DNA of 64,000 nucleotides from Akkermansia muciniphila. Lineage in GTDB: Bacteria; Verrucomicrobiota; Kiritimatiellia; RFP12; JAAYNR01. Below, in pieces: positions 25,659 to 33,544 of this stretch. Position numbers and translations under genes: made by a program. The number at the start of each line of letters is the position of its first letter. Position 1 is the stretch's first letter. The DNA is taken from NCBI GenBank assembly GCA_945870025.1, contig CAMBQN010000004.1, forward strand, positions 65,017 to 129,016, in the 5' to 3' direction. The notes beneath the pieces were generated by a model that made no database searches, was not told the origin of the DNA, and saw only the letters and a list, made by a program, of their open reading frames with translations.

Positions 25659-27431
25659 TCACTTGCCCGCCATGCGAAAGTTGCCGAATCGCAGCTCGCC
25701 GCCAGCGGGCGCGTAGATCAACACGTTGAGCTTGCCAACCTCGGCGGGCAGGGGGAGTGTGTCGCGGTATTCCCAGGCGGTCAATGCGCTCTTGAAAGTC
25801 TTGTCGGCGCAGACGAAAAACGCGGTGTTTCGGCCGGGTTTGATGTAGAATGGCACCGTTTCAAAATAGCGCCCGCCCGCGTCGAGTCCGAGCGCCACTC
25901 GCGTGCCGCACGTGAGTCGGCTTTCCACGTCAACCAGCAGCGTGTCGCCCACGCGCAGCGTCAGCGCAGGCTCGCACAGCCGGCTAAACACCGTCTTTTC
26001 CTTGCTCCCAACCTGGAACCGCACCACAAGCCGCCCGTCGGCCTCAACGCCTTCCGCCGCATCGCCCCATTCCTCGCGAACCCATGTTGCCGTTTGACCG
26101 GCCCCACGGATAGGACGAGTCGGGCCCTCGGGCGGTCGCGCGTCGGACGGGTCGGACGCGCGGCGCATCCCGCCCGAGGCCTTGTCCACAAACGTCAAAT
26201 CAATCCCGCCGTGCTGACTGAGGAAGTACAAGATGAGGTTGACCCCCATCCGCGTCGCCCCTTCCTGCATCTCCGCCGGACTGAGGCTGGTAAGCGAGTC
26301 TTTCAGCGGCTGCGTGTGGGGATCGATGTTGAGGCCGTCACCATAATCGTTACGCGTGTAGATCACCGCGACACGTCCGTTGATCCGTATTCCCTCGATG
26401 TAGTCCTCACGGTATTTGTCGCCCGGCGGAATGGCATAGCCCTTGTAGCCGCGGGTCAGATCATAACCGGTGCGCCAGCCCTCAAAATCAGCGCCCAGCC
26501 GCTCGATGACCGCGTCCGGCAGAACCCGAGCGATTTCACGCCGGAAGGCCCGATCAAAGGTTTCATCGCGGTAGTGCGTCGAGTCATCGGCCCACAGGTG
26601 TCCGTTTTTCTGCAAATACTCGCGCAGGTTGCGCACTTCTGCGTCGGTGAAACGAAAATCATTATGACCGGTCAGATACACAAACGGAAGCCGTTTTAGT
26701 TCGGGTTGATCGAGCCGCACGACGGTGTCACCGGCCATCAGCGACATGCCGGTGCGCTCACGAAGTTGATGACTTAGAAACATCATCGCGGTCCGCGCGC
26801 AATCCCAGTCGCCGCCGTATTGCGCCAGGGCCAGCGTCGCCGAGACCGTGCCCGGACCGCTGCTGCCGCCCTTCAAGGCCAGATCGCCAGCCGTGCCGCT
26901 CTGTCGCCGCTGCGGCTGGCCGGTTCCCTTGGGCAGGGCGATACCGACGTTTCGCGCCGCATCCGGACGGTGTGCGTCGCCCACGGCCGCCACGCTTACC
27001 GCCGCCGCTGTCTTTCGCTGCGTCGCGCCACCCCCCGCATCCGACGCGCGGGCGACCGTTGCGGCTGTCGCTCCGCTCCCGGTCGACGTCGCGGCCGGTG
27101 CGGCACGGCGCTGCGCCCCGGCGGCCAGCGTGACCGTCTCCGCAACCACCGCAGCCGTTCCGGCTACCTGCCGCTCCGGCCCGAGGCTCTCCGGATGCGC
27201 CGCGTCGGGCGCCGCCCCACGTGCCGCGCCGCCCGACGCGACACGCGCCAGACCAACCGTCGCCGCCTCCGGCTGACGCGCATCGGCCCCGGCCGCCACA
27301 CCGCTCGCCGCCGACGTGCGATGCGCCGCGCCACCAGCCGCTTCCGACGCACGGGCGACCGTTGCGGCTGTCGCTCCGCTCCCGGTCGACGTCGCGGCCG
27401 GTGCGGTACGGCGCCGCGGCAGGTGCGGCAC
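25659..27431 (-). CDS. C-terminal portion of the split giant protein: Ala-rich ~100-aa repeats, DUF4159-like domain and a C-terminal beta domain
   Basis: DUF4159-like block LPFVYLTGHNDFRFTDAEVRNLREYLQKNGHLWADDS...VIYTRNDYGDG. The N-terminal 160 aa are the same repeat peptide encoded, in another frame, by the upstream ORF. The GTG start at 27431 is probably artefactual. Confidence 0.7.
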   Translation of the reverse strand: MPHLPRRRTAPAATSTGSGATAATVARASEAAGGAAHRTSAASGVAAGADARQPEAATVGLARVASGGAARGAAPDAAHPESLGPERQVAGTAAVVAETVTLAAGAQRRAAPAATSTGSGATAATVARASDAGGGATQRKTAAAVSVAAVGDAHRPDAARNVGIALPKGTGQPQRRQSGTAGDLALKGGSSGPGTVSATLALAQYGGDWDCARTAMMFLSHQLRERTGMSLMAGDTVVRLDQPELKRLPFVYLTGHNDFRFTDAEVRNLREYLQKNGHLWADDSTHYRDETFDRAFRREIARVLPDAVIERLGADFEGWRTGYDLTRGYKGYAIPPGDKYREDYIEGIRINGRVAVIYTRNDYGDGLNIDPHTQPLKDSLTSLSPAEMQEGATRMGVNLILYFLSQHGGIDLTFVDKASGGMRRASDPSDARPPEGPTRPIRGAGQTATWVREEWGDAAEGVEADGRLVVRFQVGSKEKTVFSRLCEPALTLRVGDTLLVDVESRLTCGTRVALGLDAGGRYFETVPFYIKPGRNTAFFVCADKTFKSALTAWEYRDTLPLPAEVGKLNVLIYAPAGGELRFGNFRMAGK

Positions 27432-30400
27432 GGCGCTGCGCCCCGGCCGCTAGCGTGACCGTCTCCGCAGCTACCGCAGTCGTACCGGCTACCTGTCGCT
27501 CCGGTCCGAGGCTTTCCGGTTGCGCCGCTTCGGGCGCCGCCCCACGTGTCGCACCGCCCGACGCGACACGCGCCAGCCCGACCGTCGCCGCCTCCGGCTG
27601 ACGCGCATCGGCCCCGGCCGCCACACCGCTCGCCGCCGACTTTCGCTGCGCCGCGCCACCCACCGCATCCGACGCGCGGGCGACCGTTGCGGCTGCCGCT
27701 CCGCTCCCGGTCGACGTCGCGGCCGGTGCGGCACGGCGCTGCGCCCCGGCGGCCAGCGTGACCGTCTCCGCAGCCACCGCAGCCGTTTCGGACGCCTGCC
27801 GCTCGGGTCCGAGGCTTTCCGGGTGCGCCGCTTCGGGCGCCGCGCCGCTCGGCGCGACACGGGCCAGCCCGACCGTCGCCGCCTCCGGCTGACGCGCATC
27901 GGCCCCGGCCGCTACATCGCTCGTCACCGACTTTCGTTGAGCCGCTTCGTCCTTTGCCATGGCCCGTTGCAGATCAACTGCACGTGCAGCATCCGCCCGC
28001 GCCACGCGTTCTGCATGTTTGGCCGACGCCTGCCGAAGTTCTTCCGGACTCGCCGCTGCGGTCGGTACCGGTTCACGTTCCGCTTCATCGGCCTTCCGTT
28101 CAATCGCATCGGGCATGCGCTCTCGCATCTTCGCCTCCATTGCCGCTACGGCGCTGGCGCTGAGGTCAGGTTGTGCGAGATCGGCTGCAGCGCGTGCCTC
28201 GGCCGCAGAAAGCGACTGCTCCGCCTTGGCCTGCTTGTCCAGTTCGGACGGCGTGTCCTTCACGGCAACAGCGCCAGCGGCTGGCGCCAGGGAGAAGCCC
28301 AGCTTCTCCTCGAGCGATCCGATCGTCACCGCCAAGGAGGGCGAGATTTGCTCCAAGGTCACCACCCGCGTCTGTAACAGCAGGTCGAGTGACAGCAGAA
28401 AGACGAGAACGTGCATGACCAGGCTTGCTGCAAAATATTTTGCGAGTCGGTTTTCTTCGCCTTGCGTCATCCGCCACAGCAGATAGAGGAGAATCAAAAG
28501 CAGGAGCAGAACCCCCGCAATCCGCCACGCATTATAGCTTCCGGCCGCGGCGGGGGTAACGGACGTCGGTTCGTCAACGGCGGCGGAGGGCACAACCTCC
28601 GAATTCGAAGCCGCCTCCGGTTCGGGTGGCGGCGTTTCGATTATCGGTTCGGGTTCAGGTTCAGGTTCAGGTTCCGGTGCGGTGACTACCGCCTGCTCCG
28701 GCTCGGGTGCGCGTTCAGGCTCTACAAGGACTTCGGCTTTGGGTTCCGGAACAACGACCCCTACAGTCCATGGAATCTCGACGGTGTTCCATCCCCAACT
28801 GATCGCCACCCGGCCGGTGAGTTGGGTGGTGGATCCGATTCCGGCGGTTCCTACCACGATCTGCCAGCGTGTGGTCTCGACCCCCAACGTCACGTCGCGA
28901 ACACCGTCGAAGCGGCCGTCAAACCCCAGTATCACCGCTTGCACGCGGCAGGCGCGGTCGGCAGCCTGCACGACGCCCCACACCGTTCCGGTCACCACCT
29001 GCCCCGGCGCGACAGGAGTCCACGACAGCTCCCTGGGTCCGATGACAATGGGCGGCGCACGGATGCGCACACAGACACTCACCTCGGCTCGTGGAAGCGT
29101 GCCGACGGTCACCACCACTCGTCCGGTGGACACGCTTGGGCGCGCGTCACGACCCGCTGTCACTGCCAGCCCCAGCTCGAGCTGCCGTCCTTCGGGGATG
29201 TTTTCGCCACTCGGCAACAGGGACACAAGCCCTGCGCTGAACCCTTGCACATCGGCGGTAAAGTGTCCGCGCCCCGCGATCACCACTCGTCCCGTCACCG
29301 TGCAACCGGGGTCAAGTTCCAAAACCAGCGGCTTAGGCTGCACCCAGAGCGCGTCCCGCCGCATCGGCGTCACGTGTTGATGCTGGACGGCGATGCGTTG
29401 AAAGGGAAGGCCGGCTTCGGTGACGCCCCGTGCCGTTGCCTGCCAGACCGACGGGCCTGGGCCAGCCGGAACGGCAAAACCCTCGAAATAACCGCGATCG
29501 GTTACGTCGAGTTTCTGTTGGGCGCCGCCCGTGCCGGTCGTCAGCGACACATCGCAGCCGCGTGTCATGGCCTCGCCGTCGCGCACGACCAGTGCCGCTA
29601 CCGCCTGAGGCACGGCATCGGTCACAACGCCTGTGGGCGGGAACAGCACGAGTTCCAGATCACTTTCGGCGGTCGCGGCCAGTGCGCCGAGGCCCGTGGC
29701 CCGCCACAGACCCCTTGCGGGCGCATACCGCTCGGCCATGGAATCGCTCGCGCGGGCCGTCCGCAACGCCACCGCCGCCCCGCCGTCCGGGAGTGTGATC
29801 ACGGCCTGGACATCCTCGTCAGCGGCCAGCGTCAGCGTCAGCAGGCGCACGCTGTCGTCCACCGGAACATCGGCATCGTCCGTCGTGAGATCCCAGGTGC
29901 CGATCGACACCGAGGGGTGGATGGCCAAAACGATTTCCTGAAAAATAGTCTCCAGACGGGTCATGTCGGGCGCAAATGAAAAAGTTCCGCCGGTATTCTG
30001 GGCAATGCGATCCAGGGTATTGCTGTCGGCCAACGTGGAGAGCCCGACGGTATAGACCGGGATACGCGAGGCCGTGAATCGGCGATGGGAATCTTCATAG
30101 CGACCCGGTTCGTCCCTGCCGTCCGACAGCACCACGACGATCTTGCGGGAGTCGGGGAGGGTGGCGAGGGTCTGGTCGGCCAAAATCAGCGCGGCGTCGA
30201 GATCGGTCGAGCCGCGCGCGACCAGACCTGCCATGGCCTGTTCGAACGTCCCCGTGTCAGCCGGCGGGGTAGGGGACAGGAGCAGGCGCGGCCGCCGTTC
30301 AAACGCGACCACTGAGAGGGTGCGCACGACGCCGCGGCTGGCGGCGATGCGCGCAAAGAGGGTCAGCGCGCTGACGCGCAGACGCGCGGGATCGGTCTTG

Positions 30401-30813
30401 CGCATGCTGAACGAGTCGTCAATGACCAGCGCCACGTCTATCCGGCTGGCGGCAGATTGCACGGCTTTTGTGAGGCGCAGTTCGCGCGTGCCGTTGGTTC
30501 CCTGGGCACACAGCACGAGATCCGACAGTCCCTGTGCGGCTGCGGGCCATCCGCCCACGTATATCTGCCAGCCACCGCCGATGGGCCGGGCCAGTACGCG
30601 GCGCACGTCACCCGATCCGGAAGGTCCTTCCACGCGCGCCGAAAACGCAGTGGATCCGGGCGCCTCGTCGGCACCGAGGGACACAAAACCGTAATGGCCG
30701 TGGGACTCGAACGTCGCGGCGCGGACGGCGGCGGCAGACCACAGACAGGCACACAGCAACGCACGACCGGTGAGCCGTGCCAACCGCCCCGTTGTCCGCT
30801 GTTCCGTCGCCAC
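26758..30813 (-). CDS. N-terminal portion of the split giant protein: signal peptide, vWA (MIDAS), beta-rich region, (EP)n linker, 2 TM helices, TolA-like helical region, Ala-rich repeats. The last ~225 codons are out of frame
   Basis: vWA motifs VALVIDDSFSM, GSTDLDAAL, VVVLSDGRD. Linker PEPEPEPEPEPIIETPPPEPE. TM helices AWRIAGVLLLLLILLYLLW and YFAASLVMHVLVFLLSLDLLL. After ~aa 1124 (nt ~27443) the translation becomes Arg/Gly-rich junk (APYRTGRDVDRERSDS...) while the repeat peptide continues in the frame of ORF 25659..27431. Confidence 0.75.
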   Translation of the reverse strand: MATEQRTTGRLARLTGRALLCACLWSAAAVRAATFESHGHYGFVSLGADEAPGSTAFSARVEGPSGSGDVRRVLARPIGGGWQIYVGGWPAAAQGLSDLVLCAQGTNGTRELRLTKAVQSAASRIDVALVIDDSFSMRKTDPARLRVSALTLFARIAASRGVVRTLSVVAFERRPRLLLSPTPPADTGTFEQAMAGLVARGSTDLDAALILADQTLATLPDSRKIVVVLSDGRDEPGRYEDSHRRFTASRIPVYTVGLSTLADSNTLDRIAQNTGGTFSFAPDMTRLETIFQEIVLAIHPSVSIGTWDLTTDDADVPVDDSVRLLTLTLAADEDVQAVITLPDGGAAVALRTARASDSMAERYAPARGLWRATGLGALAATAESDLELVLFPPTGVVTDAVPQAVAALVVRDGEAMTRGCDVSLTTGTGGAQQKLDVTDRGYFEGFAVPAGPGPSVWQATARGVTEAGLPFQRIAVQHQHVTPMRRDALWVQPKPLVLELDPGCTVTGRVVIAGRGHFTADVQGFSAGLVSLLPSGENIPEGRQLELGLAVTAGRDARPSVSTGRVVVTVGTLPRAEVSVCVRIRAPPIVIGPRELSWTPVAPGQVVTGTVWGVVQAADRACRVQAVILGFDGRFDGVRDVTLGVETTRWQIVVGTAGIGSTTQLTGRVAISWGWNTVEIPWTVGVVVPEPKAEVLVEPERAPEPEQAVVTAPEPEPEPEPEPIIETPPPEPEAASNSEVVPSAAVDEPTSVTPAAAGSYNAWRIAGVLLLLLILLYLLWRMTQGEENRLAKYFAASLVMHVLVFLLSLDLLLQTRVVTLEQISPSLAVTIGSLEEKLGFSLAPAAGAVAVKDTPSELDKQAKAEQSLSAAEARAAADLAQPDLSASAVAAMEAKMRERMPDAIERKADEAEREPVPTAAASPEELRQASAKHAERVARADAARAVDLQRAMAKDEAAQRKSVTSDVAAGADARQPEAATVGLARVAPSGAAPEAAHPESLGPERQASETAAVAAETVTLAAGAQRRAAPAATSTGSGAAAATVARASDAVGGAAQRKSAASGVAAGADARQPEAATVGLARVASGGATRGAAPEAAQPESLGPERQVAGTTAVAAETVTLAAGAQRRAAPAAAPYRTGRDVDRERSDSRNGRPCVGSGWWRGASHVGGERCGGRGRCASAGGGDGWSGACRVGRRGTWGGARRGASGEPRAGAAGSRNGCGGCGDGHAGRRGAAPCRTGRDVDRERSDSRNGRPRVGCGGWRDAAKDSGGGKRGGRGRRTPSGCGAKRRYRPAQGNRPAAAATERHGWRSGLEGRQQRSGHGLGDAGPGAIRRRLGLRADRDDVSKSSTS
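26936..27936 (-). repeat. Coding tandem repeat, ~303-bp unit, ~3.2 copies, nearly identical at the DNA level
   Basis: The string GCGACCGTTGCGGCTG(T/C)CGCTCCGCTCCCGGTCGACGTCGCGGCCGGTGCGG recurs near 27051, 27353 and 27680. The encoded peptide is ...AAPAATSTGSGA(T/A)AATVARAS...GADARQPEAATVGLARVA...ESLGPERQ...AETVTLAAGAQRR. Confidence 0.9.
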
Positions 30814-30851
30814 ACGCCCTCCATCCGGTGATCGGCAAACCGCGCGCCGTT

Positions 30852-31265
30852 CTACTCATCCGTCTGAAACGTCGCCACGGACACCTGCGTGATCTTCGCC
30901 TTTTCGCAGGCGTTAAGCACCTTCACAAAATCGGTATGCCGGGACCGCTTGTCGCAGCGGATCACCACCGAGACACTCCCGTGCTGGCGTTGCGCTTCGA
31001 CAAAGAGTCCGTCGAGCTGTTCGATGGTCAGCATCCGCTGGTTCACCACGATTGCGCCCGCTTCGGAGACGTTGACGACGAGCAGATCGGGCAGTTTGGC
31101 CCGTTCTCCCCCCTCGGTCGCGGGGGCCAGTCGGATGGTGATGTCCTTTTCGGCCTCATAGAAGGTCGTCGCCACGAGAAAGAAGATCAGCAGGAGGAAC
31201 ACGATGTCGATCAACGGCGCAATGCGAACGCCGCTTCCCTCGTCATCCTGGCATAATGCGCGCAT
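30852..31265 (-). CDS. exbD: Biopolymer transport protein ExbD/TolR
   Basis: 137 aa. IAPLIDIVFLLLIFFLVATTF TM helix followed by the periplasmic ExbD fold pattern (ITIRLAP..., VVIRCDKRSRHTDFVKVLNACEKA). Confidence 0.85.
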   Translation of the reverse strand: MRALCQDDEGSGVRIAPLIDIVFLLLIFFLVATTFYEAEKDITIRLAPATEGGERAKLPDLLVVNVSEAGAIVVNQRMLTIEQLDGLFVEAQRQHGSVSVVIRCDKRSRHTDFVKVLNACEKAKITQVSVATFQTDE

Positions 31266-31278
31266 GTCGTACCCCCGG

Positions 31279-32001
31279 TTACCGCTTCAGGCCCTTGCGC
31301 ATGGCCGCCACGATTTCGAGCGCGGCGTCCTCCATTTCGCGCAACAGGTTATCGGCGCGGATGCGGAAGATATGGTAAACGATGACGGACGGGACGGCGA
31401 CAGCCATGCCGAATGCCGTAGTGAGGAGCGCCTCACTGATCCCCTCGGCCAGCAGCTCGGTCCGTCCGAGGGCGTTGGACTTGGCCACCACGTCAAAAGC
31501 CTTGATCATGCCGGTCACGGTGCCCATCAGTCCGAGGAGCGGCGCGACATCGGCCACGATGGCCAGCGGCTTGCAATTGCTGCGCAGGTTGTAGAGGACG
31601 CGGCCGCCCTCCTCCTCGAGTCCGGCCTCCATCTCGAATCCGTCTGCCTCGGCCCGCGCCAGACCGCCGCCCACGAGCCGCGCAAACTCCGATCGTCCGG
31701 TCCGGCAGACCTCCCGAGCCTCATCCAAACGTCCCTCGCGGGCCAGACCGAGGAGCCGTTCATGGAGCTTGGCCGGAAAAATTCGGCTGTGGCGCAATCC
31801 GATCCACCGCTCAAAGATGAACGCCACCATCACCACCGAGCACAGCAGGATCGGCCACATCAGGGGACCGCCCCGATCAAACAAGTCCTCGAGGCTCTGA
31901 CCGGTGTTCGGCGTTGTCGCAGCCCCCTGTGCCCAAGCCGCTCCAGCTACCAGCACTCCGGCAGCCGCCGCCCATACCGCTTTGATTCTCACCTGTGCCA
32001 T
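31279..32001 (-). CDS. exbB: MotA/TolQ/ExbB proton-channel protein with N-terminal signal peptide
   Basis: LMWPILLCSVVMVAFIFERW and the conserved C-terminal LGLMGTVTGMIKAF...EALLTTAFGMAVAVPSVIVYH. Start moved to MAQVRIKAVWAAAAGVLVAGAAWAQG (ATG 32001). The longer track ORF (to 32250) merely translates repeat element B2. Confidence 0.85.
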   Translation of the reverse strand: MAQVRIKAVWAAAAGVLVAGAAWAQGAATTPNTGQSLEDLFDRGGPLMWPILLCSVVMVAFIFERWIGLRHSRIFPAKLHERLLGLAREGRLDEAREVCRTGRSEFARLVGGGLARAEADGFEMEAGLEEEGGRVLYNLRSNCKPLAIVADVAPLLGLMGTVTGMIKAFDVVAKSNALGRTELLAEGISEALLTTAFGMAVAVPSVIVYHIFRIRADNLLREMEDAALEIVAAMRKGLKR

Positions 32002-32024
32002 ATCACGCCTCACTTTGAAAACCT

Positions 32025-32162
32025 CACCGCATTGTTGGCGGTCATGTTTTTCTTTCGGGGTCGGGGTCGGTATCGGTATCGGGGTCGAATTTCCGTTGTT
32101 TTTATCCGAAACCGATCCCGCCCCCGACGCCGATGGTCCTATCTCCAAAATGAGAATTTCTG
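32025..32162. repeat. Family-B element, diverged copy B2, opposite orientation
   Basis: ...CGGTATCGGTATCGGGGTCGAATTTCCGTTGTTTTTATCCGAAACCGATCCCG... aligns with the reverse complement of B1. The right TIR CAAAATGAGAATTTCTG (32146-32162) matches 15/17 to B3's. The left TIR is degenerate. It lies between the TPM gene and exbB. Confidence 0.6.
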
Positions 32163-32185
32163 ACCCTGATTCCTGCTCCCTCCCA

Positions 32186-32950
32186 TTACCAGCGGCCGGA
32201 GGCCCCGCCGCCGGAAAAACCACCGCCACCGCCGCTGAATCCGCCACCACCGCCGCCGCCGCCCCAGGACGAGCCAGAAGTTCCGCGGCTGCGATAGGTA
32301 TTTCCGCGACGGCGATTGGACCACGTTCCGATCAAGAACACCAGCAGGCAGCACGCAACGAACAACCAGAATACGTGGATTCGCAGGCTGCCGATGTGGA
32401 TATAGTCATCGTTTTCAGGAGGCGGTTCCGGCATGCCCGTTGGCGTCTTGCCGGTTACAAAAGCATGCACCCGCTGAACGGCGAAGACCGTGCCGTCGCC
32501 GAAACGTCCGGCGCGAAAGTAGGGCGTCATGCCCCGGATGATGTCGCCGGCCCGCGCATCGTTGACCGGCCCTTCCCAGCCGCGGCCGATTTCGAGGCGC
32601 ATTTCATGGCTGTCGCGCACAAGCAGCAGAATGGCGCCATCGTCCCGGCCCTTGTTTCCGATTTTCCAGGTTTCCGCGACCTGCACGCTGAAGCGCTCCA
32701 GCGAATCGCCGTCCAGAGTCGGCAGGGTCAGCACGGCCATCTGTCCTCCGGTCGCCTGTTCCAGGTCCAGGATGGCGCGTTCGACGCGCACGGCGTCGTC
32801 GCCTGGCAGCATGCCGGCGCGATCCACCACGCGGCCGTACAGCGGCGGCACGGCGGGCGCTGCGCCGGCCTTTAGGCAAGCCAGCGCCAGCACGCAGGCC
32901 ATCACACGGAACACCGTGTCAACTCTTGGTGATGGTATTCGTCCGTTCAT
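32186..32950 (-). CDS. TPM-domain (YgcG-like) protein with TM helix and Gly-rich tail
   Basis: Signal peptide, then TPM block VVDRAGMLPGDDAVRVERAILDLEQATGGQMAVLTLPTLDG...GAILLLVRDSHEMRLEIGRGWEG, a TM helix and the tail GGGGGGGFSGGGGGFSGGG. Confidence 0.8.
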   Translation of the reverse strand: MNGRIPSPRVDTVFRVMACVLALACLKAGAAPAVPPLYGRVVDRAGMLPGDDAVRVERAILDLEQATGGQMAVLTLPTLDGDSLERFSVQVAETWKIGNKGRDDGAILLLVRDSHEMRLEIGRGWEGPVNDARAGDIIRGMTPYFRAGRFGDGTVFAVQRVHAFVTGKTPTGMPEPPPENDDYIHIGSLRIHVFWLFVACCLLVFLIGTWSNRRRGNTYRSRGTSGSSWGGGGGGGGFSGGGGGFSGGGASGRW

Positions 32951-32959
32951 GGATATCGT

Positions 32960-33517
32960 TTAGAACTTCACCTGCGGCGGCTGGACCAGATTCTGCCCCT
33001 GCGGCGGCTGGAAATACTCGGCTTTTTTGAGATCAAGTCCCGGCGCAAAATAGCATCCCGGAATTCCGCGGATGGATGCGTTCAGGTTCTTGACGGCCTC
33101 GTTGTACCGCGTCCGAGCCACGGCGATGCGGTTTTCCGTGCCGGCCAGTTCGTCCTGCAGACGGGTGAAGGTCTCGCTGGCGCGAAGGGCTGGATAATTC
33201 TCGGCGATGGCCATCACGCGCCCTAGCCAGTCATTCATAGAGGCGTTGGCCTCGGCCTTGGCCACCGGCCCATTGGCGCTCAGTAGACGGCTGCGCGCCT
33301 CGGCAACCTGGATAAAAATATCCTTCTCATGGGTGGCATAGCCCTTCACCGTTTCCACTAGGTTGGGCACCAGGTCCGCGCGTCGGAGCAGTTGCGTGTC
33401 GATCTGGCTCCACTGTTCCTTGACGGTCTCATCCTGACGGATCAGCCCGTTCCGCGTTGACACCAGCCAGAGGGCCGCAATAACGCCCACGACAGCCACG
33501 ATAATTAGGTTCTTCAT
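32960..33517 (-). CDS. lemA: LemA family protein
   Basis: N-terminal TM helix then NGLIRQDETVKEQWSQIDTQLLRRADLVPNLVETVKGYATHEKDIF...RYNEAV. Typical LemA, and typically paired with a TPM protein. Confidence 0.9.
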   Translation of the reverse strand: MKNLIIVAVVGVIAALWLVSTRNGLIRQDETVKEQWSQIDTQLLRRADLVPNLVETVKGYATHEKDIFIQVAEARSRLLSANGPVAKAEANASMNDWLGRVMAIAENYPALRASETFTRLQDELAGTENRIAVARTRYNEAVKNLNASIRGIPGCYFAPGLDLKKAEYFQPPQGQNLVQPPQVKF

Positions 33518-33544
33518 GAGCGCACTCCTCCGTGTCTTTTGTTC

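Noticed and set aside
27400-27443. Programmed ribosomal frameshift at the split in the giant gene
   Set aside because: There is no slippery heptamer or downstream pseudoknot-like context. The shift is fully explained by a 22-nt duplication absent from the two sister repeat copies.
27520-29979. +strand ORFs 27520..28377, 27959..28486, 28411..29979 and 28682..29380
   Set aside because: Antisense to the vWA gene or its repeats. Arg/Ser/Gly-rich low complexity.
32002-32250. N-terminal extension of the ExbB ORF (…NNGNSTPIPIPTPTPKEK…)
   Set aside because: This is a translation of repeat element B2. ExbB has its own signal peptide starting at ATG 32001.
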